Part shown: piece after piece, positions 1-11,360 of the stretch
How positions within the stretch are numbered: the first letter of the stretch is position 1
Layout: each line of letters begins with the position of its first letter
Assembly (NCBI GenBank): GCA_030141605.1
Contig: JAQGDQ010001647.1
Span: 1 to 30,924, forward strand
Length of the DNA stretch: 30,924 bases
Origin: Tubiluchus corallicola
Taxonomy: Eukaryota > Animalia > Priapulida
Reading direction: 5' to 3'
Made by a program: the position numbers and the translations under genes
The notes under the pieces: model-generated
Database searches by the model: none
What the model was told of the DNA's origin: nothing
Seen by the model: the letters and a program-made list of their open reading frames with translations, nothing else

Positions 1-696
1 TACAGGGTGTTAGAAAATGACGCTGTTTTCTTTTACACAAAGTACAGGGTGTTAGAAAATGACATTGTTTTCTTTTACACAAAGTACAGGGTGTTAGAAA
101 ATGACACTGTTTTCTTTTACACAAAGTACAGGGTGTTAGAAAATGACATTGTTTTCTTTTACACAAAGTACGGGGTGTTAGAAAATGACACTGTTTTGTT
201 TTACACAAAGTACAGGGTGTTAGAAAATGACATTGTTTTGTTTTACACAAAGTACAGGGTGTTAGAAAATGACACTGTTTTCTTTCGCACAAAGTACAGG
301 GTGTGTTAGAAAATGAGATTGTTTTGTTTTACACAAAGTACAGGGTGTTATAAAATGACATTGTTTTGTTTTACACAAAGTACAGGGTGTTAGAAAATGA
401 CATTGTTTTCTTTTACACAAAGTACGGGGTGTTAGAAAATGACATTGTTTTGTTTTACACAAAGTACAGGGTGTTATAAAATGACATTGTTTTGTTAGAC
501 ACAAAGTACAGGGTGTTAGAAAATGACATTGTTTTCTTTTACACAAAGTACGGGGTGTTAGAAAATGACATTGTTTTGTTTTACACAAAGTACAGGGTGT
601 TATAAAATGACATTGTTTTGTTAGACACAAAGTACAGGGTGTTAGAAAATGACATTGTTTTGTTTTACACAAAGTACAGGGTGTTAGAAAATGACA
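1..696. repeat. 42-bp minisatellite, ~16.5 copies (open at window edge)
   Basis: Unit TACAGGGTGTTAGAAAATGACATTGTTTTGTTTTACACAAAG. Confidence 0.97.
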
Positions 697-1468
697 GCCT
701 TGCTATAACTAAAAGTAATCACAAATACACATAAACATATTTAATGTTTTAATCGTTATAATATTAGTTATATTTAATGTGTTTTTAACACTCTTTCCAC
801 TCCCTATTGTCAGAAATCAAACCGACAAAATTTTCGAAGAAACGAGTCGTTAGGCCACACCATTCCCAGTGTGAAACCAACGCGGATCACACCCCTGTTC
901 ATTTGTGGCTCTCAGAACTGCGAATAACAGCAGTACTAGATATTAAGTTTGGTGTTGTTTACTCAAAATTAAATGTTCTTTCTAATGGTTATGTCAGATT
1001 TTATTTACTCTTGCGGTTTTGACTGTAGAGCGGGTGATGGGGGAGGGGGGAGAGGGTGTGCGAACCATTTCCTAACACCCTGTGGGCGGTTTTTACTGTA
1101 CGGGTGATGGGGGAGGAGGGAGGGGGAGGGTATGCGAACCATTTGCTAACATAAGTTTGGTTGAACATTCTGTACTGCAAGGATGTACAAAAATGATTTG
1201 CAAACAGATAAAAATGTGGAATCAGTTTAGATAAAATCATTTCATGCGAAAGATGTTAAAAACCTGGCTTATACATTGAGTAAAAAATCAATAATCTGGT
1301 TTTATAACACCTTATATATATATATATATAAATAAGTAAATATATGTCCTCGCTATTAGTGAATAAATGGCATTGCCTCCTGTTTCTTTCATTCTTTTTG
1401 AATTTTACACGCCAAAAAATGACGATACATGTCGGAAAATAGGAAAAATGGATACGAAAGATACTCAC

Positions 1469-1566
1469 GCTTTTACATATATTATATATAATTTCTATGT
1501 AAGTAGGATTAGCTAAGAAAGCCGGGGTATCCACGGTAACGTAGTTGTGTAGGGCCGGCATCATAT
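1469..1566 (-). CDS. IPO7: Importin-7 exon N (most 3' exon in window), 98 nt
   Basis: tttcag|...|gtgagt; MMPALHNYVTVDTPAFLANPTYIEIIYNICKS; gene continues beyond position 1. Confidence 0.95.
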
Positions 1567-1642
1567 CTGAAATAGAATTCGCAAAGCAATGAACAGACAA
1601 ACATCATTTAAGTAAAATTCTATGAAAACAAAACATGGTATA

Positions 1643-2125
1643 CAGTCAACCTCGGGTATAAGATACTCGCTTATAAGGGTCCACCAACACTGGTCCCGAT
1701 TTTTCCTAACATTTTTCCTATGTAAAAATCTTCATATATAAGGTACTCGGATATAAGGGACTTTCAGTTACAAGGGACGACATCTTTAGATCCCGCTTAA
1801 TAGAAACCCAGGTAAATTACCTCGCATATAAGGGACCCCATGATCAAAGCGAAATTGATCGATTTTTAACCTCAATTTTTCGCAAACTCGGCCTTCGAAC
1901 AGCTCGGTTTCTGCAGTCACATACATCTCGCATCACTGAAGGAGCTTCCTACATAGGGTTTGCACTGAATGTGTTGCAATAATCCATAAAAATATGAGTA
2001 AAAGTACAGAAAAGTACAGGTCTAGATACGCCCTCGATCTGACTCAACTTTGGCTATAAGGGACAACAGATATAAGGGACGATTTTTTCCCGTCCGGAGG
2101 TGTCACTTATATTGGAAGTTGACTG
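1643..2125. mobile_element. Tigger/pogo-like MITE
   Basis: TA|CAGTCAACCTCGGGTATAAG ... CTTATATTGGAAGTTGACTG|TA; subterminal ATAAGGG repeats. Confidence 0.8.
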
Positions 2126-2131
2126 TAGTTA

Positions 2132-2205
2132 AAGAGCCTCAGATGTCATTCGTAATCATGATCAAATATTTCATACGAACGAGACATTAATTCATCACCG
2201 CTCTT
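2132..2205 (-). ncRNA. Intronic box C/D snoRNA, SNORD30/U30-like (18S rRNA Am1383-equivalent guide)
   Basis: Minus strand: AAGAGC-G-GTGATGA (C box)...GTCTCGTTCGT-ATGA (guide + D')...ATGATTA (C')...CTGA (D)-G-GCTCTT; 6-bp terminal stem; guide complementary to conserved 18S ACGAACGAGAC; same strand as host. Confidence 0.85.
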
Positions 2206-2279
2206 AATAAGCTAAGTGTGCAAAAGAGGGTCTCTGAAATGAGCTCTAGCTGCAGAGAACTTTCTCATTGTTATAGTGG

Positions 2280-3039
2280 CAGTTGAACGGCACTTTTATC
2301 TGTCATCGTGTCAGTTGAACGGCACTTTTGCCTGTCATCGTCTCAGTTGAATGGCACTTTTACCTGTCATCGTGTCAGTTGAATGGCACCTCTACCTGTC
2401 ATAATGTCAGTCGAATGGCACCTTTACCTGTCATAATGTCAGTCGAATGGCACCTTTACCTGTCATAATGTCAGTCGAATGGCACCTTTACCTGTCATAA
2501 TGTCAGTCGAATGGCACCTTTACCTGTCATAATGTCAGTCGAATGGCACCTTTACCTGTCATAATGTCAGTCGAATGGCACTTTTACCTGTCATCGTGTC
2601 AGTCGAATGGCACTTTTACCTGTCATAAAGTCAGTTGAATGGCACTTTTACCTGTCATAGTGTCAGTTGAATGGCACTTTTGCCTGTCATCGTGTCAGTC
2701 GAATGGCACTTTTACCTGTCATCGTGTCAGTTGAATGGCACTTTTACCTGTCATTGTGTCAGTTGAATGGCACTTTTACCTGTCATCGTGTCGGTCGAAT
2801 GGCACTTTTACCTGTCATCGTGTCGGTCGAATGGCACTTTTACCTGTCATCGTGTCAGTTGAATGGCACTTTTACCTGTCATTGTGTCAGTTGAATGGCA
2901 CTTTTACCTGTCATCGTGTCGGTCGAATGGCACCTTTACCTGTCATCGTGTCGGTCGAATGGCACTTTTACCTGTCATCGTGTCAGTTGAATGGCACTTT
3001 TACCTGTCATTGTGTCAGTTGAATGGCACTTTTACCTGT
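2280..3039 (-). repeat. 32-bp minisatellite, ~24 copies, built from the exon M donor site
   Basis: Sense unit ACAG|GTAAAAGTGCCATTCAACTGACACGATG. Confidence 0.97.
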
Positions 3040-3161
3040 GAAGTAGTCGAATCCGTCTTTTTGAAACATTTCGTAGATCATTTCCAGAACTCGCCACATG
3101 TTGGGTGAAATGGCCGAACATGTCAGGCTGTAGACTAACGACAGAACTTCTTCGTAAAATT
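3036..3161 (-). CDS. IPO7: Importin-7 exon M, 126 nt
   Basis: ttttaag|...ACAG|gtaaaa; (E)[41 protein letters not shown](D). Confidence 0.95.
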
Positions 3162-3239
3162 CTTAAAAACAAATGAAATTGAAAAAATTAGCGATGAACT
3201 AGGTACATTGTTCATGCAAAAAAGCTCAGTAAAGTTAGA

Positions 3240-3718
3240 GCTCAGAAAAATAACATTCAGCGAAGTTTGAAAAATAATCAGTGCATTAGTAGCATACATG
3301 TTACCAATTAAGTAAAATTTTAAATTACTGTATCTTGTCAATAAGATTAAAAATACGTTTTTGGCTAGTGAGTGACGCACCCTGGAGGAAGAGTCGGCGA
3401 CATTTTACCAATTGGTGAAAACATTTTAAATTATTAGTCTAGTTACATAAGTCTTTTCGGCAGGTAAGTGAAATGCTAAATAATATAGCTTTGCACGGAA
3501 AGTTTTTTGGGTCATAATTTAACATTTCCTTTTCTTCCCCTGATTTATGTTCGTGTAAGTGACGTCTTGTAATGGCGCCGTTAGAACAGTGTTGCTGGAG
3601 ATTTAAAAAAAAATTCGTTTTAACACAGGTATGAAATATGCATAAAATTGCTGTAAAGTAATATAATTTTTATGGTGATTTTTCTGAAACCTACTCCAGG
3701 TACAGGGGTTCTTGTCCT
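3240..3718. mobile_element. Kolobok-like non-autonomous element, truncated copy (family also at 20244-20909, 29822-30131, ~30385-30505)
   Basis: Ends GGGGTTCTTGTCCT|TTAA; extensive homology to 20490-20909; left boundary approximate. Confidence 0.65.
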
Positions 3719-3751
3719 TTAAAGCAGTTTACAGACGACATTAATTCATAC

Positions 3752-3938
3752 CCATGATGCTGTTCTGAATGATGATGCTGATGACGTTGAGTACGATGCC
3801 CTCCAGCTGCGTCATGATCTCCTTCTGTTCCTCCATCACGGTCAGTATGGTAGAGATCGTGTTCAGAATGCCCATGGCCGTAATGGCCTTCTCGTCCGTG
3901 CCCTCTTCGCTGTCCACGACCTGACCGAACGTCATGGC
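3752..3938 (-). CDS. IPO7: Importin-7 exon L, 187 nt
   Basis: ttgcag|...|gtatga; AMTFGQVVDSEEGTDEKAITAMGILNTISTIL...IIQNSIM. Confidence 0.96.
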
Positions 3939-5080
3939 CTGCAAAGCGAGCAAATGAACCGATTTTGTTTTGGGCTAAGCAATGGCTTCGTACGGACGAG
4001 ACCACAATGTAGAGGGGGGGTGGGTCGAAAATAAATAGCATTTCGACCCCGCAACGATATAGTAATAACAATGATAATTCGTTGAATATTTTTAATGGAT
4101 TTCACATGATGATCAAATGCGTCTTTACAAGTAAAAGATCGTCAAAACTACTAAAAAAATTAATTCATAAATTAGATAAGGCCATGGCACATTGATTGAC
4201 TAAAAGTACATTGAATATGGCGAAAAAAAATTAAAAAAAAACAGAAAATTTAGTACAATAATAAAAGCAACGCCACGAAACATAGACAATCGTAAAAAAT
4301 ACAAGATTAGCTCAACCAGAGAAGGTTTCATTAAAACAGTAAGTTTTCAGACTTTTCTAAAATTACCAATTATCATAATATCACTAATCAATGAACATTA
4401 AACAGTTTTCTACAGAGTCCACAGTAGAATATCAAAACACACAAATTTTACCATTTTGTACTAATGCACCACAAGCTGTTACACCAAGCAACACTAGACT
4501 ATATAATGGATAAAGAACATTGCCGAATACCGAGTACTAGGAGTAATGGGGCTTTGGAGTATTATCCTCGTGGAGCGATTCACTTTTTTCTTTTTTATTG
4601 TTTCTCCCTTTGCTTTGATTTTATTCTGCTATAGGGTTAATGATTTTTTTCCGACAAGTACGTTTTCTTATTCGTTGTTGAAGCTGACGCTAAGCTTACA
4701 ACTAGGACAATGATCTCGCCGCTTGTGTATAAGTAATGTGGAACTGCAGCACCCCCTATTTTCACTCAGTATTGTCTGTAATATTCAGTATAATAAGTCT
4801 TCTTTCTTTAGTTCTTTCTTTACACTTGTACACGGAACCAGAGCATGTGAGGGTAGTACTGTTTGCTTTACAGCCCAGCACAGTGGTGTGTTTGGGACCG
4901 TGCACACGTGTCTGAGATAACATGCTGTAAGGTGCAACTGCTAATGTCTGCTGCTAGGTAAAGAAAGTACTGTCACTCACACAGTTTAATGTCAGTTGTC
5001 AAGTGCTTAAAAACGGCTAAAACCAGTTTAACCATTGATCGCTCAAACTGTGAAAAGGCTTACTATTCATGGAAAAAAGC

Positions 5081-6970
5081 AGCTACCCAAGCCATAGCAA
5101 CCGGCAGCCTACTTCTGCTAATACGACTAACACTAACATGACCTCAATCTTGGGCGGCTACCCAAGCCATAGAAACCGGCAGCCTACTTCCGCTAATACG
5201 ACTAACACTAACATGATCTCAATCTTGGGCGGCTACCCAAGCTATAGCAACCGGCAGCCTACTTCTGCTAATACGACTAACACTAACATTACCTCAATCT
5301 TGAGCGGCTACCCAAGCCATAGCAACCGGCAGCCTACTTCTGCTAATACGACTAACACTAACATGATCTCAATCTTGAGCGGTTAGCCAAGCCATAGCAA
5401 CCGGCAGCATACTTCCGGAAATACGACTAACACTAACATGACCCCAATCTTGGGTGGCTACAAAAGCCATAGCAACCAGAAGCCTACTTCTGCTAATACG
5501 ACTAACACTAACATGACCTCCATCTTGGGTGGCTATCCAAGCTATAGCAACCAGAAGCCTATTTCTGCTAATACGACTAACACTAACATGACCCCAATCT
5601 TGGGTGGCTACAAAAGCCATAGCAACCAGAAGCCTACTTCTGCTAACACGACTAACACTAACATGACCTCCATCTTGGGTGGCTACCTAAGCCATAGCAA
5701 CCAGAAGCCTATTTCTGCTAATACGACTAACACTAACATGACCTACATCTTGGGTGGCTACCTAAGCCATAGCAACCACAAGCCTACTTCTGCTAATAAG
5801 ACTAACACTAACATGACCTCCATCTTGGGTGGCTACCCAAGCCATAGCAACCGGCAGCCTACTTCTGCTAATAAGACTAACACTAACATGACCTCAATCT
5901 TGGGCGTATACCCAAGACATAGCAACCGACAGCCTACTTCTGCTAACACGACTAACACTAACATGAGCTCAATCTTGGGCGTCTACCCAAGACATAGCAA
6001 CCGGCAGCCTACTTCTGCTAATACGACTAACACTAACATGAGCTCAATCTTGGGTGGCTACCCAAGCCATAGCAACCGGCAGCCTACTTCTGCTAATACG
6101 ACTAACACTAACATGAGCTCAATCTTGGGCGGCTACCCAAGCCTTAGCAACCGGCAGCCTACTTCTGCTAATACAACTAACACTAACATGATCTCAATCT
6201 TGGGCGGCTACCCAAGCCATAGCAACCGGCAGCCTACTTCTGCTAAATAGACTAACACTAACATGACCTCAATCTTGGGCGGCTACCCAAGCTATAGCAA
6301 CCGGCAGCCTACTTCTGCTAATACGACTAACACTAACATGACCTCAATCTTGGGTGGCTATCCAAGCTATAGCAACCGGCAGCCTACTTCTGCTAATACG
6401 ACTAACACTAACATGACCTCAATCTTGGGCGGCTACCCAAGCCATAGCAACCGGCAGCCTACTTCTGCTAATACGACTAACACTAACATGACCTCAATCT
6501 TGGGCGGCTACCCAAGCCATAGCAACCGGCAGCCTACTTCTGCTAATACGACTAACACTAACATGACCTCAATCTTGGGCGGCTACCCAAGCCATAGCAA
6601 CCGGCAGCCTACTTCTGCTAATACGACTAACACTAACATGACCTCAATCTTGGGCGGCTACCCAAGCTATAGCAACCGGCAGCCTACTTCTGCTAATACG
6701 ACTAACACTAACATGACCTCAATCTTGGGTGGCTATCCAAGCTATAGCAACCGGCAGCCTACTTCTGCTAATACGACTAACACTAACATGACCTCCTGCT
6801 AATATGACTAACACTAACATGACCTCCTGCTAATATGACTAACACTAACATGACCTCCTGCTAATATTACTAACACTAACATGACCTCCTGCTAATACGA
6901 CTAACACTAACATGACCTCCTGCTAACATGACTAACACTAACACTAACACTAACATGACCTCAATCTTGG
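5081..6970. repeat. 75-bp minisatellite (~23 copies) ending in ~5 copies of a 31-bp deletion derivative
   Basis: Unit GGCTACCCAAGCCATAGCAACCGGCAGCCTACTTCTGCTAATACGACTAACACTAACATGACCTCAATCTTGGGC. Confidence 0.97.
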
Positions 6971-7380
6971 CACGAAGTACAAGGAAGATTAATGCCCCTT
7001 TTCAAGCAGATACAGTAGACGTTTCACAAATCAGAGGTAGATACTGCAGATGTTGAAAAAAGTACATGACAATATATGTGGATGGTAGCTGCAATGGTAG
7101 ATGCACATTAAATGTAGACAAGAAAAAGCGTATGTTCCAAACACCGATGTCAATTTTACAAAATTTTGAGCTAACACACCACAAGCTGTTACAACAAACA
7201 ACATTAGACTATACAACCGATGAAAAATGCAATTGTTGTTGAATAGTATGAGCCAGTAATAAAAACAAGAAAAAATGATTTTAACATTTCGATTATCATC
7301 TCTTTCATCTCTCATTTCCACTAGGGCCATCTAGTGAAGAAAGGAACAAACTATCAGCAATAGCGCAAGTAGCAACGTAC

Positions 7381-7541
7381 CAAATGTTCCGTCATTTCCA
7401 CGGCGATCGGGGCCACTTCCTCGATGTACGTGCAGACGAGCTTTTGCAGGACGTTGGTCAAATCGTCGTTTTCCGTCTCACGGATGATTTTGAGCAGTTC
7501 CTGGATGATGGCTTTCACGTTCGGTTCAATCATCGGATGAG
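7381..7541 (-). CDS. IPO7: Importin-7 exon K, 161 nt
   Basis: ttttccag|...|gtacgt; (A)[53 protein letters not shown]. Confidence 0.95.
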
Positions 7542-7772
7542 CTGGAAAAGAAAGGGTTAAAGTGGAGACAAGAGTTCCTGGATTATGGCTTTCACGTTCG
7601 GTTCAATCATCGGATGAGCTGGAAAAGAAAGGGTTAAAGTGGAGACAAGAGTTCCTGGATTATGGCTTTCACGTTCGGTTCAATCATCGGATGAGCTGGA
7701 AAAGAAAGGGTTAAAGTGGAGACAAGAGTTCCTGGATTATGGCTTTCACGTTCGATTCAATCATCGCTGGAA
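7496..7772 (-). repeat. 77-bp tandem repeat (3.6 copies) spanning the exon K acceptor
   Basis: Identical acceptors with first exon base at 7541, 7618, 7695, plus a deleted copy at 7766. Confidence 0.97.
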
Positions 7773-7997
7773 GACGGCAAAAGTTTGAAATAGTTTAAGC
7801 AGCGCATGCTTACGGAAAGGTAAGATGTGCTTACGAAGTCGCAAAGTCCGTCAGTTGCGTCATGATTTTGAAGGGAATGGTATCTACCGCTTTGTTTGAA
7901 ACTTTCTACAGTATAGTAGTATACAGTAGTATAAATTAACATTATGCTTTATAGAGAGTTTTTTACTAACTTCTCTGTTATATTGTTCTAAATTTAA

Positions 7998-8718
7998 CTT
8001 CTTCAGGACCGTAAGCGTTTGCTGCATTTTGCATGGATTCATGAAAAACTGCTCTCACTAAGCAGCGATTACGTTATATTTGATAATTGTTGGTTTCTAT
8101 TTCTCGTACAACGGCTTTTCGTGCAAAATTATATGTGAAATGCATTTGCTCATCTTAGACAAATTAAAAATCAATTTTTCACGAAAAAACTGATAAAAGC
8201 TTTCAGTAACTTCAGTGTCTGCACTGTAACAATATACAGTATCACTTGTGTGAAATCAGCTAATGCAGAAAATTTCAACTGTCCAGACACAACACTCAGA
8301 TAAACTTTGACCTCAAGTCTATTCTACTTTTAAGGAGAAATTATTACTAAAAGATGAGGCGACCTTAATTTCTCCTCGATTGATCGGTTGACTTTGCCTG
8401 GAACTCTGTACACTAGCTGAATCTTTTACGCTGTAGCAAGCAGGCGATCAATAAAATAGTGTGTACGATCACGCAAGTGTACACCAGACTAAGCTACTCA
8501 ATAGGCTAATTTGAAGTACCATAAAGGGTGTGTTTTTCTTAATTTTGTCCATTAATATCACTTATAAATGCTTAATAATAGCATGATTGGATAGCCGAGA
8601 TTCTCTTGAACAGAACAGTACCTAATTTGCAATCATTTAGTTATGTCTGTGCTCCTAAAGTAGCAGAAAAGTCATAGACCTTATAAGATCTATTTTGAAT
8701 GGTGGGGTCCTGAAGGAG
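7998..8718. mobile_element. piggyBac-like MITE
   Basis: TTAA|CTTCTTCAGGACC ... GGTCCTGAAGGAG|TTAA. Confidence 0.8.
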
Positions 8719-8799
8719 TTAACTGATGACAGCAAAAAACTCAATATGCTAAATAATTTATAATTTCCTTTAAATTAAATAATCATTATTACATTATAC

Positions 8800-9055
8800 C
8801 TTTTTCTTGACTAGTAACTAACATTTGTAGAGCGATGGCCGCTTCGACTCGTACCGGCAACTCTTTGTCTTGTAGTAGACACTGTTGCGTAAGCTTTAGC
8901 GCTTGTTCTAGATTCGCATCGTTTTGATACTTGACTTCGCTGAAGTAGTGCAAGACCCAACACGCTCTCGCGCGCATGTAGCCCTCGGGCGACTGGAACT
9001 CCGGGAAGACGTACGTCGTTAGGACCATCTCGACCTGATCCTTGTAAATCTTTTT
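8800..9055 (-). CDS. IPO7: Importin-7 exon J, 256 nt
   Basis: tttcag|...|gtataa; [20 protein letters not shown]...[14 protein letters not shown]...[21 protein letters not shown]. Confidence 0.96.
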
Positions 9056-9145
9056 CTGAAAGTGACACACAAATTTAAATGAGAAAAATTGGGTAAAAAA
9101 TAATTGGCATAATGCCAGAAATTGAATCACCTATGATATGACAAG

Positions 9146-9820
9146 CATAGCAGCTGCTGACATCCATCTAGAAAATGTGGAAACGTTTCTTACTAAGTCT
9201 AACGAGCATTAACATTTACAAAAGCCCGAAGACTTAGTATTACATAGCAGCTGCTGACATCTATCTAGAAAATGTGGAAACGTTTCTTACTGAGTCTAAC
9301 GAACATTAACATTTACAAAAGCCCGAAGACTTAGTATTACATAGCAGCTGCTGACATGTATCTAGAAAATGTGGAAACGTTTCTTACTGAGTCTAACGAA
9401 CATTAACATTTACAAAAGCCCGAAGACTTAGTATTACATAGCAGCTGCTGACATCTATCTAGAAAATGTGGAAACGTTTCTTACTGAGTCTAACGAACAT
9501 TAACATTTACAAAAGCCCGAAGACTTAGTATTACATAGCAGCTGCTGACATCTATCTAGAAAATGTGGAAACGTTTCTTACTGAGTCTAACGAACATTAA
9601 CATTTACAAAAGCCCGAAGACTTAGTATTACATAGCAGCTGCTGACATCTATCTAGAAAATGTGGAAACGTTTCTTACTGAGTCTAACGAACATTAACAT
9701 TTATAAAAGCCCGAAGACTTAGTATTACATAGCAGCTGCTGACATCTATCTAGAAAATGTGGAAACGTTTCTTACCACGTCTAGTGATCATTAACATTTA
9801 CAAAAACCCGAACACTTAGT
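9146..9820. repeat. 97-bp tandem repeat, 7 copies, inside an older duplication (9092-9170 recurs at 9851-9930)
   Basis: CATAGCAGCTGCTGACATC unit starts at 9146, 9243, 9340, 9437, 9534, 9631, 9728. Confidence 0.97.
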
Positions 9821-10189
9821 GTTTGACTACCCTTTGAATTTGTACAATTAGGTAAAAAATGATTGGCATAATGCCAAAAATTGAATCAACTATGATATGA
9901 CAAGCATGGCAGCTGCTGACATCTATCTAGCATCGTACAACATGTAGCTATTTTTGCAACAGTTTCAAAATTACCAGATAATAATCTTCAAAATTCAAAG
10001 CGTAGTCATTCATATATTCATTGTTGATCCATCTCAAAAACAACGTCAGCGTCACTAAACGGGGAAATCGGGAATTACAGGCGCTTTGCGATACCGAAAT
10101 AGTGACATTTTACCAGGTAGCGTGAATATTTTAAAATATTCTCTCTTTCAAATACACGAGCCTTTCCAACAGTTAAGCGTAACGTTAAG

Positions 10190-11302
10190 TTCAGCACGTC
10201 CTTGCTTAACGACGTTAATGTGTTCCAGCAGACCGCCACGTTTAGCAAAGTGTCGTTAAGCGAAACCGAAGCTTCCACAGAAAGCAATGTAAAAGAATTG
10301 AGATACGTTCCAGAGGCAAAATCAATGTAGCTTTAAACATGTCAATTAAACGTTTTATGAATTTCTTTATGGTTTCTAGTAATTAATTTCTTTCTGCTTG
10401 CTTGATACCACCGATCTTTTTTAGAAAAGCCTAACTAGCATGTCTCTTTTTCGTAAATTTTGTTGGCCTACACACTTAGCAGTTAAGAACTTCATAGTAA
10501 AAGCCAAGCGCTGGGGCGACATTGAGACAATCATTCATCTAGGTACTCAGTCTAGTTGCTATAAGAAGTACCTGTAACGTGTTTTGTGATTCGTGCTTCT
10601 TTACTTGTGTAACAAAAGTTACTGGTGTTTGTTTGGATCAGTGAAATCATACATGTAAAACCTCGGTGAGCAAAATTCAAATTGCCTTTTCACCTGCACG
10701 ATTTTGAAACTGTTGCAGAATTTTGTAAGAACTATCAACATATGAACTTATTTTTATCTGTAATGTGAAATAATGTAAACTTTCATTCAGTTTTAAATTT
10801 TCCCAGAGTTTAGCCAATATGTAGACCGTAGAAGTGGAAGAACAAGTCATAATACCATTTCAACAAAATTTTATGCTTAAATACTACTGTCGAGTTATGA
10901 TATTGTAATAATTTTATTTGGAACTACGGCTTTCATATGTAACGTATCTCTAGAAAACCCTTTTTGAGAAGCAAATTTGGCTTCAAGTGCCAGGAGGTGT
11001 ATATTCGAGAATAGATCGTATTACGCTCGATACAAACAGCTAGCATTTATTAGTCAGCTGGAAGCAAAAACATATAACAATTGTACTAATGCGCTTTTTG
11101 GAATAGAACAACACAGTACGTCGTATTTTAATGCTTCAAATTAGATAAAAAAGTTGTTGATAAGATAAAAATGGCTGTGAGCAAAGTAAAAATAAATCGT
11201 CGTCAAAATAGTGCGTGTCGTTGAGCAGAAAAGTGGTGTCAATTGTTCAGCGTCGCTAAACGAAACGTCGCTAAGTGGGGAGTCGTTAAGTGAGGACTTA
11301 CT
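10190..11302. mobile_element. Degenerate Tigger-like element
   Basis: Right end GTCGTTAAGTGAGGACTTACTG|TA; decayed left end GTCCTTGCTTAACGAC near 10198. Confidence 0.5.
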
Positions 11303-11360
11303 GTAAGAGCTTTTGGCAATAAACCTTAAAATTGCCTTGCCTTCTCCTTTAACACCTTAC

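Noticed and set aside
1-3108. Repetitive ORFs in the 42-bp and 32-bp arrays, and CRISPR-like appearance
   Set aside because: Head-to-tail minisatellites without unique spacers; no cas genes; eukaryotic intron
4022-4050. Hairpin GGGTCGAAA...TTTCGACCC
   Set aside because: Isolated 9-bp stem without diagnostic context; bacterial terminator reading does not apply
5069-6802. Long ORFs of 25-aa repeats (MTSILGGYPSHSNRQPTSANTTNTN)
   Set aside because: By-product of a 75-bp unit divisible by 3; broken by stops, no unique flanking coding sequence or splice context
7322-7336. CTCF-like motifs (also ~19938, ~27000)
   Set aside because: Partial matches expected by chance; not supportable from sequence alone
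9146-9820. Hammerhead ribozyme satellite
   Set aside because: No CTGANGA plus GAAA core with flanking stems on either strand; none seen in the other arrays
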